Position numbers and translations under genes: made by a program | Origin: Eledone cirrhosa | Lineage: Eukaryota | DNA length: 64,000 bases | Direction of reading: 5' to 3' | NCBI GenBank assembly: GCA_964016885.1 | Contig: OZ024748.1 | Span: 11,966,001 to 12,030,000 of the forward strand | The notes under the pieces: generated by a model | Databases searched by the model: none | Told to the model about the DNA's origin: nothing | What the model saw: the letters and a program-made list of their open reading frames with translations, nothing else | Shown here: positions 28,815-41,762 of the stretch, piece by piece | Position numbering within the stretch: position 1 is the stretch's first letter | Layout: each line of letters starts with the position of its first letter

Positions 28815-29928
28815 ATAGTGTACTGTAGTGTACTGTAGTGTACTGTAGTGTACTGTAGTATATTGTAGTGTAGTATATTGTAGTGTAGTGTACTGTAGTA
28901 TATTGTAGTGTAGTGTAGTATATTGTAGTGTAATGTAGTGTAGTGTAGTGTACTGTAGTATATTGTAGTGTACTGTAGTATATTGTAGTGTAATGTAGTA
29001 TATTGTATTGTAGTATATTGTAGTGCACTGTAGTATATTGTTGTAGTGTACTGTAGTGTACTGTAGTGTAGTGTAGTATATTGTAGTGCACTGTAGTATA
29101 TTGTTGTAGTGTATTGTAGTGTACTGTAGTATATTGTTGTAGTGTACTGTAGTGTACTGTAGTGTACTGTAGTATATTGTAGTGTAGTATATTGTAGTGT
29201 AGTGTACTGTAGTATATTGTAGTGTAGTGTAGTATATTGTAGTGTAATGTAGTGTATTGTACTGTAGTATATTGTAGTGCACTGTAGTATATTGTTGTAG
29301 TTTACTGTAGTGTACTGTAGTGTAGTGTAGTATATTGTAGTGTAATATAGTGTATTGTAGTGTACTGTAGTATATTGTAGTGTAGTATATTGTAGTGTAC
29401 TGTAGTATATTGTAGTGTAGTATATTGTAGTGTACTGTAGTATATTGTAGTGTAGTATATTGTAGTGTACTGTAGTATATTGTAGTGTACTGTAGTATAT
29501 TGTAGTGTACTGTAGTATATTGTAGTGTACTGTAGTATATTGTAGTGTACTGTAGTATATTGTAGTGTAGTATATTGTAGTGTACTGTAGTATATTGTAG
29601 TGTAGTATATTGTAGTGTACTGTAGTATATTGTAGTGTACTGTAGTATATTGTAGTGTACTGTAGTATATTGTAGTGTACTGTAGTATATTGTAGTGTAG
29701 TATATTGTAGTGCACTGTAGTATATTGTTGTAGTATATTGTAGTGCACTGTAGTATATTGTTGTAGTGTACTGTGGTATATTATAGTGTAATGTAGTGTA
29801 TTGTAGTGTAGTATATTCTAATGTACTGTAGTATAGTGTAGTGTAGTATATTATAGTGTAGTATATTATAGTGTAGTGTAGTATATTATAGTGTAGTGTA
29901 GTATATTATAGTGTAGTGTAGTATATTA
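28815..29928. repeat. TGTAG-based pentamer satellite with 15/20-bp higher-order units
   Basis: tgtagtatattgtagtgtac repeated. Confidence 0.95.
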
Positions 29929-29991
29929 GAATTTGGTGGTTGAGAGGTTGACATACTGAACATGTTATTGACTTATATTGTCGTCAACGTG

Positions 29992-30101
<110 letters not shown>

Positions 30102-30798
30102 ATGGTTGTGTGTGTGTGTGTGTATATGTATATATATATATACATACATATATATATGTATGTATGGGTGTGTAGGTTTCTGTGTGAGTGTGTGTGTGTA
30201 GTTGAGGACTGCAAATATACTTAAACGAATGGTTGCCTGCCCGACTACCCCGGGTGACAAGGCAGACCAACATGCTGACATAGGAAATTAAGACGGTCTC
30301 TCACACTGTGATGAGCAATATAACAACAGAAACAACAACAATAACAACAGAAACAACAACAACTACAACAAATACAACAAATACAACTATAACAACAGAA
30401 ACAACAACAATAACAACCAAAACAACAACAAATACAACAAATACAACAACAAATACAACTACAACAACAGAAGCAACAACAATAACAAATACAACACCAA
30501 CAACAACAGAAACAGCAATTACAACAAATACAACAATAACAAATACAACAACAACAATAACAACAACAATGACAACAACAATAACAATAACGACGATGAT
30601 GACGATGACAGTGGCGATGATTAAAACAAATACAGCAGCTAATGCAACAATAACAACAACAATAACAACAACACGAACAATAGCAGCAACAATAATAACA
30701 ACAATAACAACAATAACAAGAGCAACAACAGAAACAATAGCTGCAGCAACAACAACAATAACAACAACAATAATAACAATAACAGAAACAATAGCTGC

Positions 30799-30830
<32 letters not shown>

Positions 30831-30966
30831 AATGATGTCTTTACAATAGAAATAGTCGGAACGTCAAGTCAGATGCTACAACCCACCTTCATTCATCATC
30901 GCCACCACCACCACCACCACCACCACCACCACCACCACTACCACCACCACCACCACCACCACCACC

Positions 30967-30998
<32 letters not shown>

Positions 30999-31025
30999 CA
31001 ACAGTAACATGATGAAGATATAACT

Positions 31026-31077
<52 letters not shown>

Positions 31078-31191
31078 TAATGCTTTATTTATTTAAATAA
31101 TAATAATGGTAATATTGTTTATAGTAATAATATTTGTGAACAAAATAAACATCAAGTGATTATAACAAACAACACTTTTATATATACATAC

Positions 31192-31232
<41 letters not shown>

Positions 31233-31575
31233 TAGGAACGAGTAGGACCCCACCCACTCTACTACCCTAAGTATTGAGTACTTTGGTGCGTTATGGACCA
31301 CCTGGTTCCTTACCACATTTCCTTCGTTATATATATATATATATATATATATATTCACACACACACATATATATATATATACATATATATACTCACATAT
31401 ATATATATACATATGTATATACATATATACACACACATATATATATATATATACATATAGATATACATATATACATACATATATATATATATAGATATCT
31501 TTCTATATGTATATGAATATATATAGAGAGATATATAGATATATTTATATATATTATGTGTTTATATATATATGT

Positions 31576-31617
<42 letters not shown>

Positions 31618-31729
31618 TATATATATATAAATATATATGAATATATATATATAAATATATATGAATATATATATATAAATATATATATATAACGGTTTAT
31701 GTAAACACACCATCTTTCTTAATGTTATT

Positions 31730-31801
<72 letters not shown>

Positions 31802-31869
31802 CATACAAACTATATACATACATATACATCAGTTACCTAAGACATCACGGAGACCAGTGTTTGAAGAAC

Positions 31870-31923
31870 CTTACCCTAACCCTAACCCTAATCCTAACCC
31901 TAACCCTAAACATCAACCCTAAC
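31870..31923. repeat. Short interstitial (CCCTAA)n telomere-like repeat
   Basis: About 7 imperfect CCCTAA units. Confidence 0.8.
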
Positions 31924-33204
31924 AAACAAACAAAACGGTACCTAGCTTCCTTTTGTTGCCACCCAGACCACACAACCCCCGTCTCCAATCGTAGCAATTC
32001 TTCAACCAACAGCTCCCTCCCCAGCCCACCCGTAAGGGCCAAACCCTACCCTGTACCACCTTACACAGCCGCACGTTTGGCGCCGACACAGGAGCGTCAA
32101 ACGCCTAATTAACCGTTGACTTATATAAAGAGAACAACAACAACAACAACAACAGTAACAACAACAGCAACGGTAAGACCACCACCACCACCACCACCAC
32201 CACCAACAACAACAGAAACAACAACAACAACAACAATAACAACAGTAACAACAGTAACAATAACAACAGTAACAACAACACCAGTAACAACAGTAACAAC
32301 AGTAACAACAGTAACAACAGTAACAACAACAACACCAGTAACAACAGTAACAACCACAACAGTAACACAACAACACCAGTAACAACAGTAACAACAGTAA
32401 CAACAACAGTAACAACAACAACAACAATAACAACAACAGTAATAACAACAACAACAATAACAGTAACAACAGTAACAACAACAACAACAACAGTAACAAC
32501 AACAACAGTAACAACAACAACAACACCAGTAACAACAACAACAACAGTAACAACAGTAATAACAACAACAACAACAACAGTAACAACAGTAACAACAACA
32601 ACAACAGTAACAACAACAACAGTAACACAACAACACCAGTAACAACAGTAACAACAACAACAACAACAGTAACAACAACAGTAACAACAACAACACCAGT
32701 AACAACAACAGCAACAGTAACAACAGTAATAACAACAACAACAACAACAGTAACAACAGTAACAACAACAACAGTAAGAACAACAACAGTAACAACAACA
32801 ACACCACTAACAACAGTAACAACAACAACAACAGTAACAACAAAGAAGTTGTGACGTGTAGTAAGGGCTAGTTTCGTGCTTCTGTGATTTCCATTTCATT
32901 AAAATCTCTCTCCAATCTTACTCAAGGACAGCTACACCAATACAGTCTTGTCCTTATTACTTTATTATAGACACACACACATACACACACATATATATAC
33001 ACATACACATACACACAAACACACACACACACACACATGTGCACACACACACACATATATATATTCACACATGTACATACACATGCACATACACACACAT
33101 ACACTTATATATATTCACACACACACATTTACATACACATACACACACACGCACACATATGCATACACATACATACTCATATATACGCATAGATATTCAC
33201 ACAC

Positions 33205-33239
<35 letters not shown>

Positions 33240-33341
33240 AATCCCCTCTATCGCTATATATATATATATATACACATATGTATATGTGTGTGTGGTGTAC
33301 ACACACACACATATATATATATATGTGTGTGCGTGTGTGTA

Positions 33342-33372
<31 letters not shown>

Positions 33373-33831
33373 TTTTTGATGAGGGCAGTGTGGAGTAAAA
33401 TTAATGAATTCATCCTTAAAAGGAAGAAAAAAAAAACTTCGTTATTCTTTTATTTGTTTGTTCTTGCCCCCCCCCCCCTTACAACTCTTTAGATTGTTAA
33501 AACTAACATTTAGTCTTTTCAGTGTGGAGCAAGATACTTAAGGTATGAAGTGAAGCGACTAATACCCTCACCAGTTGGCTGTCTATCTTTTACCATTCCG
33601 TCCGTCTTTCATGTCTTTCTATATTGCCTGTCTTGTGAAATGGTGGGCGGAAGAATGGACGGACTTCTAAGCTGAAAGAATATAAGACAGGCTTTTGAAA
33701 TATCTATGGGTGTATTTAAGGATTAGGAAACGTGGAGTGATAGTTTGACTGAAGGAAGTTGATCACAAGAAAGATACATCAAATTACAGCAAAGGAAATA
33801 GGAAAGAAAAAAAAACGGTAAATATTTATAC

Positions 33832-33869
<38 letters not shown>

Positions 33870-34338
33870 TTGCTATTTTTTTTTATTTGGAGTCGCAGAA
33901 CAAACATTCTCGTCACGACTAATGTCAGAAAAAATTTGCCAATTCTACAAACATTATTTTGAAATTGGAATGAAGCAAGTTTAGAATGTTGTTATAATAA
34001 ATTTAGGAGCGATTTAAATGTTAAACAATGCGTATGATGAAAAATAAAAAGCATGTTTGACATGCTTTTTATTATAGATAATGCCTGGCTTTTAAATAAC
34101 TTTTTAAATAGTTTTTTTTTTTTTCGTTTCAATATTTCTTTAGACTTACATTTAGCAATTTCACATTCTCAGCTGTGTGTATCTTGCAAGGTTCCAGTGT
34201 GTATATATTGCAAGACACTAGTGGTGTGTATATATATATATATATATATAGATAGATTTCTTTATTAGCCACAGGGGCACAAAAGAAGGGGACAAATACA
34301 AATATGTATAGATAGATAGATAGATAGATATAGATACT

Positions 34339-34394
<56 letters not shown>

Positions 34395-34395
<1 letters not shown>

Positions 34396-34904
34396 GAGAT
34401 GGCTCAAAACGTTCGTGGAAAAAGTACATGGCTAAAAATCATATGCAGGGATTTTGCTCTCGAATACACTTGTACGCTCTCGTGCTAATATGTCATAACA
34501 TGTTCTAACGTGAACCCTTAAATGCATGTTGCAACGCGGCGCCGCCAGTCGGAACAATGTGGCTTCCATGTAAACATCAAATTCATGGTGAAGCTAGGGT
34601 GGCAGAGCAGCCAAATCATTGACGCTCTGGGGCAGGTTTATGGCGACAATGCCCCAAAGAAAACAACAACCTACAAATGAGAAATGAGTACGTTGTTTAA
34701 GAGATGACGTTGAAGATGATCCCCAGTTGAAGATGTAAAAAAGGGGCTTTGACATAGTTTAAATCGCATAACCCTCAGTTTTACACACATGGTCTTAAAG
34801 GCTGGTATCAACGCCTGCAGAAATGTATTGACCTAGATGGAGCATATGTTGAAAAATAAACATCATAAAATAAACCATTTTTTCCAACTGTCCTTTTCTC
34901 ACGA

Positions 34905-34909
<5 letters not shown>
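34395..34909 (+). mobile_element. Internally deleted irritans-subfamily (Hsmar2-like) mariner
   Basis: N-term NIKFMVKLGWQSSQIIDALGQVYGDNAPKKTTTYK* fused to C-term [33 protein letters not shown]. Left TIR cgagatggctcaaaacgttcgtggaaaa, right partial ttttctcacgaacttt; embedded in (TA)n. Confidence 0.9.
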
Positions 34910-34986
<77 letters not shown>

Positions 34987-34998
34987 TGTATATATATA

Positions 34999-35079
<81 letters not shown>

Positions 35080-35136
35080 GGCATTTAAGTAAGTGCCGTA
35101 CTAAGAGTGAGAAATGAAATTTCGTTTCATTCTATT

Positions 35137-35235
<99 letters not shown>

Positions 35236-35467
35236 TGTATATGTAAACTTAAGAAAATTGACAAAGAGTGGACAAGACAACGACCGAAAACAAGGCAAAA
35301 CGAAAAACAATTTTTAAAGGGGAAACATAAAAAAATGAAATACAAATGAAAGACCATCCGAGGTCACAGCGTCTGACATAAGCCAAACGCTGACGAAAAG
35401 AATAAGAGACGAGAGACAAAACATTAATTTATAGCAATTAAGCTAAAAACATACAGTTTTGTGTGAA

Positions 35468-35546
<79 letters not shown>

Positions 35547-35689
35547 TTTAAAGGTTAAACAAGGTTCAATGAATAAATCAAAGAATTAGTTTTACAATAG
35601 ATTGGAAGCACTCAACAGTTATGGTTTTCCGGAGTTATTAATATTAATTCAAAATATTAACAAAAATAGAACTTCTTGTGATCAAGTAT

Positions 35690-35754
35690 ATTTTATTATA
35701 CATATTTCAGAGGTACTGAGCTAACTTCAACAGTACGTCATCATCAGATAAACT
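35690..35754 (-). ncRNA. Minimal type I hammerhead (left arm)
   Basis: tttat-CTGATGA-tgacGTACTG...CAGTACctct-GAAA-tatgta-TA-ataaa. Confidence 0.6.
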
Positions 35755-35850
35755 AAGATGATGCATGACATACCCTGACATAGTAGATGGTTAAGATCCA
35801 GTCATGAATCTTAACCATCTACTATGTCAGGGTATGTCATGCATCATCTT

Positions 35851-35915
35851 ATTTTATCTGATGATGACGCACTGTTGAAGTTAGTTCAGTACCTCTGAAA
35901 TATGTATAATAAAAT
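35851..35915 (+). ncRNA. Minimal type I hammerhead (right arm)
   Basis: attttat-CTGATGA-stem II-GAAA-tatgta-TA-ataaaat; perfect 7-bp stem I. Confidence 0.65.
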
Positions 35916-35960
35916 ATACTTGATCACAAGAAGTTCTATTTTTGTTAATATTTTGAATTA

Positions 35961-35998
<38 letters not shown>

Positions 35999-36000
35999 AT

Positions 36001-36200
36001 AAGTTTATCCCGGGTTCAATCGGGGGTAACCACAGTAAGTAACCACAGTAAGTAAGGTACTCAATACCTAGCAGAGTATAAATATTTTATTTAATATAGA
36101 AATGGCTTCTACAGGACTAGAACTGTTTCATTCGGGAGAAATCATCATGATTTCTCCCGAATGAAACAGTTCGAGTCCTGTAGAAGCCATTTCTATATTA
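36001..36200. mobile_element. Fold-back element, 54-bp arms around a single base (36146)
   Basis: 36092-36145 versus 36147-36200 with one mismatch; homologous to 18457-18660. Confidence 0.85.
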
Positions 36201-36231
36201 TATATATACATATATATATATCAATCCTTTT

Positions 36232-36267
<36 letters not shown>

Positions 36268-36343
36268 CAAAATTGAACAGGGACAGAACAGAGGGGCAGT
36301 ACGACAAATGTTTATTAGATTCACGCTCAGGAGAGTGGGGGGT

Positions 36344-36390
<47 letters not shown>

Positions 36391-36458
36391 CATATGTATA
36401 AATTTAGAAGGAACAAGGGGCTGTGTGATTACTTGATAAAGTGTATTTAGAAATAAAA

Positions 36459-36589
36459 GGAATGCACAAACAAGGGACAGGTGCCTCCTCCCTTTGTCTG
36501 CTGGGGTCTCGGACATTTCAATACGTTGAAATGTCCGAGACCCCAGCAGACAAAGGGAGAGGGGGACATGTACCTTGTTTGTGCTTTCC
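36459..36589. repeat. GC-rich hairpin: 34-bp perfect stem, TACG loop, imperfect extension
   Basis: 36488-36521 versus 36526-36559; outer gcacaaacaagg / ccttgtttgtgc. Confidence 0.92.
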
Positions 36590-36593
36590 TTAT

Positions 36594-36667
<74 letters not shown>

Positions 36668-36798
36668 GTGAGGTTTTTTTTACAAAATGAAAAATAACCG
36701 AGGTGTCCTACACGAGTGAAAGTATAAAGAAAAAGAGATGAAATCGAAAATGCAACTGGAGTCTTATTTTAAAAAAAAATATATATATTTATTTGGTT

Positions 36799-36836
36799 CC
36801 TTTACCGGTTTCGCAGTTCTTCTGCTTTTCAAAAGG
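36799..36836 (-). ncRNA. Minimal hammerhead, U3-A8 variant (best copy)
   Basis: cctt-TTGAAAA-gcag-aagaa-ctgc-GAAA-ccgg-TA-aagg; 4-bp stems I and II, ACCGGT palindrome, GUA triplet. Confidence 0.7.
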
Positions 36837-36911
36837 TGAGTTGAGATGGAGGGTCTGTGGTTTTTCTCACATCTGATGTGAGAAAAACCACAGACCCTCC
36901 ATCACAACTCA

Positions 36912-36949
36912 CCCTTTGAAAAGCAGAAGAACTGCGAAACCGGTAAAGG
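36912..36949 (+). ncRNA. Minimal hammerhead, U3-A8 variant
   Basis: Same motif with one stem I mismatch (ccct/aagg). Confidence 0.6.
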
Positions 36950-37012
36950 AACCAAATAAATATATATATTTAAAAAAAAAATAAGACTTCAGTTGCATTT
37001 TCGATTTCATCT

Positions 37013-37070
<58 letters not shown>

Positions 37071-37157
37071 GTAAAAGGTAAACAGAAATAACAACACAAT
37101 CGGTACAGTATATGGAAGGGATACATTAGGTTAACGCTTGATATAGCAGGAAGAGGG

Positions 37158-37193
37158 TCTTAACGTTTCGGACACTAGTCCTTCATCAGAAGA
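37158..37193 (-). ncRNA. Canonical-core minimal type I hammerhead ribozyme
   Basis: tctt-CTGATGA-a-GGAC-tagt-GTCC-GAAA-CG-TT-aaga; AACGTT palindrome, GUU triplet. Confidence 0.8.
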
Positions 37194-37316
37194 AAGAATC
37201 AGAAATAAGATAGATTGAGGGGAAGATCGGGTTGGAATTGGAAAAAATGTCTTTAGATAAAAATAACAGGTCCATTCATGTTGATATATATATATGTATG
37301 TGTGTGTGTGGTGTGT

Positions 37317-37385
<69 letters not shown>

Positions 37386-38140
37386 ATTGGCTCTTATTAG
37401 TATAGGTCTGGATTGGCAGAATCGGTAGAGCCTCGAACGAAATCCTTTGCGGTATTTACGTATTTTAAAGTTCTACGCTGAGCACAAGTGTTGTTCCCCC
37501 CTCCCCGCCTCCAGTTTCCTTGGAAACCCCCTCCCTACCCCGTCATACCACCTCACACATCCACCCACGACTTTTGTCTTTAGTGAGAAGATGCACCGGC
37601 CTAGATTTCATTTCTATCAATTAGATCTTGCCGTTGTTGTTGTTGTTGTTGTTAGTGGGGTGGTGGTGTGGTGGTTGTGGTGGGTGTGGTGGTGAGTGTG
37701 GTGGTGGTGGGTGTGGTGGTGGTGAGTGTGGTGGTGGTGGGTGTGGTGGTTGTGGTGGTTGTGGTGGGTGTGGTGATGGTTGTGGTGGTTGTGGTGGGTG
37801 TGGTGATGGTTGTGGTGGGTGTGGTGGGTGTGGTGGTGGTGGGGGTGGTGATGGTGGGGGGTGGGGTAGGGGGGGGGGTGAATGTGGTGGTGATGGTGGT
37901 GGTAGGTGTAGTGGTGGGATGTGAGATGTTCTAGAAAGTGGAGTGAGGTAAGAAGGGTGTGTAACTAACAGACTCCCTGGTTGGTGGGGTGGGGTAGGGG
38001 GTGTAGGAAATCACTTTGTACTTAAGTTTCTGTTGCCATAGAGATACAGTTCGATGGGTTTTTAATTAAAATCGGAAACAAGAGAGAATCAAGTTTCTAA
38101 AATGAAACCTTTCGCTCTAATCAGACAATTGGACAATAAT

Positions 38141-38350
38141 TTCTGACACAGATATAAGGCCAGCAATTTGGGGGGGCGAGGAAGGGGCACATTGGATTAT
38201 ATCGACCCCACTGCGTTACTGGTACTTTATCGACCCCGTAAGGATGAAAGGCAAAGCTAACCTTGGTGGGATTAGAAATCAGAACGTAAAGGGCTGTAGC
38301 TCTATGCTGTGAAGCATAATGTTCGACGCTCTACCGATTACTGCCAATTC
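38141..38350 (-). mobile_element. SINE family A
   Basis: Full body and head on the minus strand. Confidence 0.88.
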
Positions 38351-38399
38351 AGTGATCCACCAGAACTCGACTGGGTCTACAAATCTCTCCTCTATTGTT

Positions 38400-39415
38400 A
38401 ACTGCTAAGGGCCAAACGCGTGTCCTCATTGTCCAGCTAAGGCAACACTGACTCACAGACTAACGACTATTGAAAACCAGTGGAGTATTTTTACTGTTCA
38501 GCTATAGTGACATTGACTAACTGAGTGGTGTCTACTGAGGGCCAGGGGCGTATTTTCATTGCTCAGTTATGGTGACGCTGACTGAGTGCTGAATGCTGAG
38601 GGCCAGTGGAGTATTTCCAAGGCTCAGCTGTGGTAATACTGACTAACTGAGTACTGACTGTTGAGGGCCAATTGTGTATTTTCACTACTCAGGTATGGTA
38701 ATATTGACTAACTAAGTACTGACTGTTGAGGGCCAGTGGTGTATTTTCACTTCTCAGGTATGGTAACATTGACTAACTAAGTACTGACTGTTGAGGGCCA
38801 GTGGTGTATTTTCACTTCTCAGGCATGGTAACATTGACTAACTAAGTACTGACTGTTGAGGGCCAGGGGAGTATTTTCACTTCTCAGGTATGGTAACATT
38901 GACTAACTAAGTACTGACTGTTGAGGGCCAGTGGTGTATTTTCACTTCTCAGGCATGGTAACATTGACTAACTAAGTACTGACTGTTGAGGGCCAGTGGA
39001 GTATTTTCACTTCTCAGGTATGGTAACATTGACTATCTAAGTACTGACTGTTGAGGGCCAGTGGTGTATTTTCACTTCTCAGGCATGGTAACATTGACTA
39101 ACTAAGTACTGACTGTTGAGGGCCAGGGGAGTATTTTCACTTCTCAGGTATGGTAACATTGACTAACTAAGTACTGACTGTTGAGGGCCAGTGGTGTATT
39201 TTCACTTCTCAGGCATGGTAACATTGACTAACTAAGTACTGACTGTTGAGGGCCAGGGGAGTATTTTCACTTCTCAGGTATGGTAACATTGACTAACTAA
39301 GTACTGACTGTTGAGGGCCAGTGGTGTATTTTCACTTCTCAGGTATGGTAACATTGACTAACTAAGTACTGACTGTTGAGGGCCAGTGGTGTATTTTCAC
39401 TGCTCAGCTATGGTG
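38400..39415. repeat. 65-bp minisatellite, about 15 copies, with 130-bp higher-order alternation
   Basis: Unit gactaactaagtactgactgttgagggccagtggtgtattttcacttctcaggtatggtaacatt; period checked 38771 to 38836. Confidence 0.95.
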
Positions 39416-39620
39416 CGTTCCATTTTCGTTTCAATCTTTCCGCAGCAGCTATGATTTCAATTATCCACAACATTTTTACAGCTTTTCTTTCTTACCCAGT
39501 TCTGTGGCGCACAGGGCAAGGTTCAGAGGCCCATATGGCCAATTCATATCCAACCATCCAGCATGAAGCTTAATTTATATTTTTTTTCAAATTGAATGCC
39601 GGGTTTCTAAAATGGCGGTA

Positions 39621-39699
39621 GCTTCTGGCAACTTACCAAGGTGCTCATGCTTCTAGCAACTTACCAAGGTGCTCATGCTTCTGGCAACTTACCAAGGTG
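39621..39699. repeat. 28-bp tandem repeat, about 3 copies
   Basis: gcttctggcaacttaccaaggtgctcat. Confidence 0.9.
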
Positions 39700-39988
39700 G
39701 CCCTGATTTAAGTACCTTCTCCCCTCTCTCAAAACAAACAATCCTATGTACAGCTCACCTATCTTAACAACATGTGCAAAACAAACAAAGTGATATTTAA
39801 GAAGAACAACTTATTAGAATATAACGTAAGAAAAGAATAACACGTTTCGCCACATAATTTAGTTGACATCTCGATTGCGCTATAAAGTGTTCAGCTGTCT
39901 ATACGACACTTCAGCTCTCAACAAGAGGAAAGCCTGCCAAACTAACATACACAACATATATAATATATATAACATATAACATATAATA

Positions 39989-40068
39989 TTAGGTTGTAAC
40001 ATAAATTCCCGCCGTTGTTATAATTTATTTCATAAAAAAAAACGGCAGGAATTTATGTTACAACCTAA
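39989..40068. mobile_element. 80-bp mariner-derived MITE
   Basis: 28-bp TIRs ttaggttgtaacataaattcccgccgtt / aacggcaggaatttatgttacaacctaa (1 mismatch), TA on both sides. Confidence 0.85.
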
Positions 40069-40269
40069 TATATACAACATATAACATATATATACAACAT
40101 ATACAATATATATAATATATATATTTAACGTATGGTATATATAACATAATATACAGCCTAATACAACATAACTCATAGTTTTATGCATCAGTGTTTTAAG
40201 CAAAACAAAAAATACGAGCATATTTGAGTATATTATAATACAGAGTGAAAATAGAATTCACATTCACAT

Positions 40270-40344
<75 letters not shown>

Positions 40345-40628
40345 TATATGTGTGTGTGACTGTATGTGTGTGTATGCATATGTAAGATATTGGTATGCTT
40401 AATTATGTAATTATGTCTCTCAAGGATTGCACTAATTATCTCCCCCTCCACAAAGAGTGGAATGAGTAGCGACACCACATCTTATTAACTACATGGATAT
40501 ATCTTACTTAACAACAAAAACATGGTGTTAAGATACATATGCATCTCGTCTCTATCTCTCTCTCTCTCTCTCTCTATGTCTGTTTGTCTCTCTCTCTATG
40601 TCTGTCTGTCTCTCTCTCTCTGTCTCTT

Positions 40629-40667
<39 letters not shown>

Positions 40668-40675
40668 CTCTCTCT

Positions 40676-40710
<35 letters not shown>

Positions 40711-41024
40711 AATCTTTCTCTCTCTGAATTTTTCTCTCTTTGTCTCTCACTCTCTCTCTCTCAATCTTTCTCTCTTTCTCTAAATCTCTCTCTCAATTTT
40801 TCTCTCTCTCACAATCTTTCTTTCTTTCAATCTTTCTCTCTCTGAATTTTTCTCTCTCAATCTTTCTCTCTTTCTCTCAATCTCCCTCTCACTCTCTCTC
40901 GCTTTCTTTCAATCTTTTTCTCTCTGTTTCTCTCAATCTCACTCTGTCTCTCATGCAGGCATGTGTGTGTGAGTATGTGTGCGAGTATGTTTGTGCGTAT
41001 GTGTATATGTGTGCGTGTGTATGC

Positions 41025-41055
<31 letters not shown>

Positions 41056-41061
41056 CGTGTG

Positions 41062-41092
<31 letters not shown>

Positions 41093-41380
41093 ATGCTTAT
41101 TTCTATATGTGTGTGTGTGCTTATGGGTATATGTGTATGTGTGTGTATGAGTGTTTATGTGTGTGTGCGTGTGTGTGGTTGCTTATCTGCCGATGCATGA
41201 ATGTGTGTATCTTTATCTCGATGTATATATATGTGTATGTGTATGCATGTGCAAAGTATCGTGTGTAGGTGCTGGTACATGTATATGTGTCTATGTGTGT
41301 GCATGTATGTGTATGACAACGTATGTCTGTCTGAATGAATGTAATAATGAATGAGTGTATGAACATATAAACATCTGGCC

Positions 41381-41437
<57 letters not shown>

Positions 41438-41440
41438 AAT

Positions 41441-41665
41441 TGTTTCTGATTTAGACACAAGGCCAGCAATTTCTTTTTGGAGGAGGGGAGGTCGATTAAA
41501 TCAACACCAGTGCATTACTGGTACTAGTACTTTATTTTATCGACCCTGTAAGGATGAAGGGCAAAGTTAAACTCGGCGAGATTTGAATTCAGAGCGTAAA
41601 GGGCCGTAACTCTATGCCGTAAAGCATATTGTCCGACGCTCTACCAATTCTATTGCCAATCCGCC
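41441..41665 (-). mobile_element. SINE family A, full length
   Basis: Same motifs as the other copies; (CAA)n abuts the tail. Confidence 0.9.
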
Positions 41666-41731
41666 GGATAATAATGATTACCATGTTAATAATAATAATG
41701 GTGATGATGATGATGGTGATGGTGATGATGG

Positions 41732-41762
<31 letters not shown>

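Larger units (their letters stand above)
35641..35964. repeat. Fold-back, 157-bp arms, 10-bp spacer
   Basis: 35641-35797 versus 35808-35964, a few mismatches. Confidence 0.95.
36728..37020. mobile_element. Fold-back dimer of the U3-A8 hammerhead element, 146-bp arms, 1-nt spacer
   Basis: Centre cacatc-t-gatgtg at 36874. Confidence 0.92.

Noticed and set aside
31870-31923. True telomere or fusion site
   Set aside because: Only about 7 imperfect units in one orientation, interstitial.
33522-33541. 20-nt micro-exon (ctaac..ttttcag|...AAG|gtatga)
   Set aside because: Splice-like signals only; the frame compatible with the 47507 exon contains a stop.
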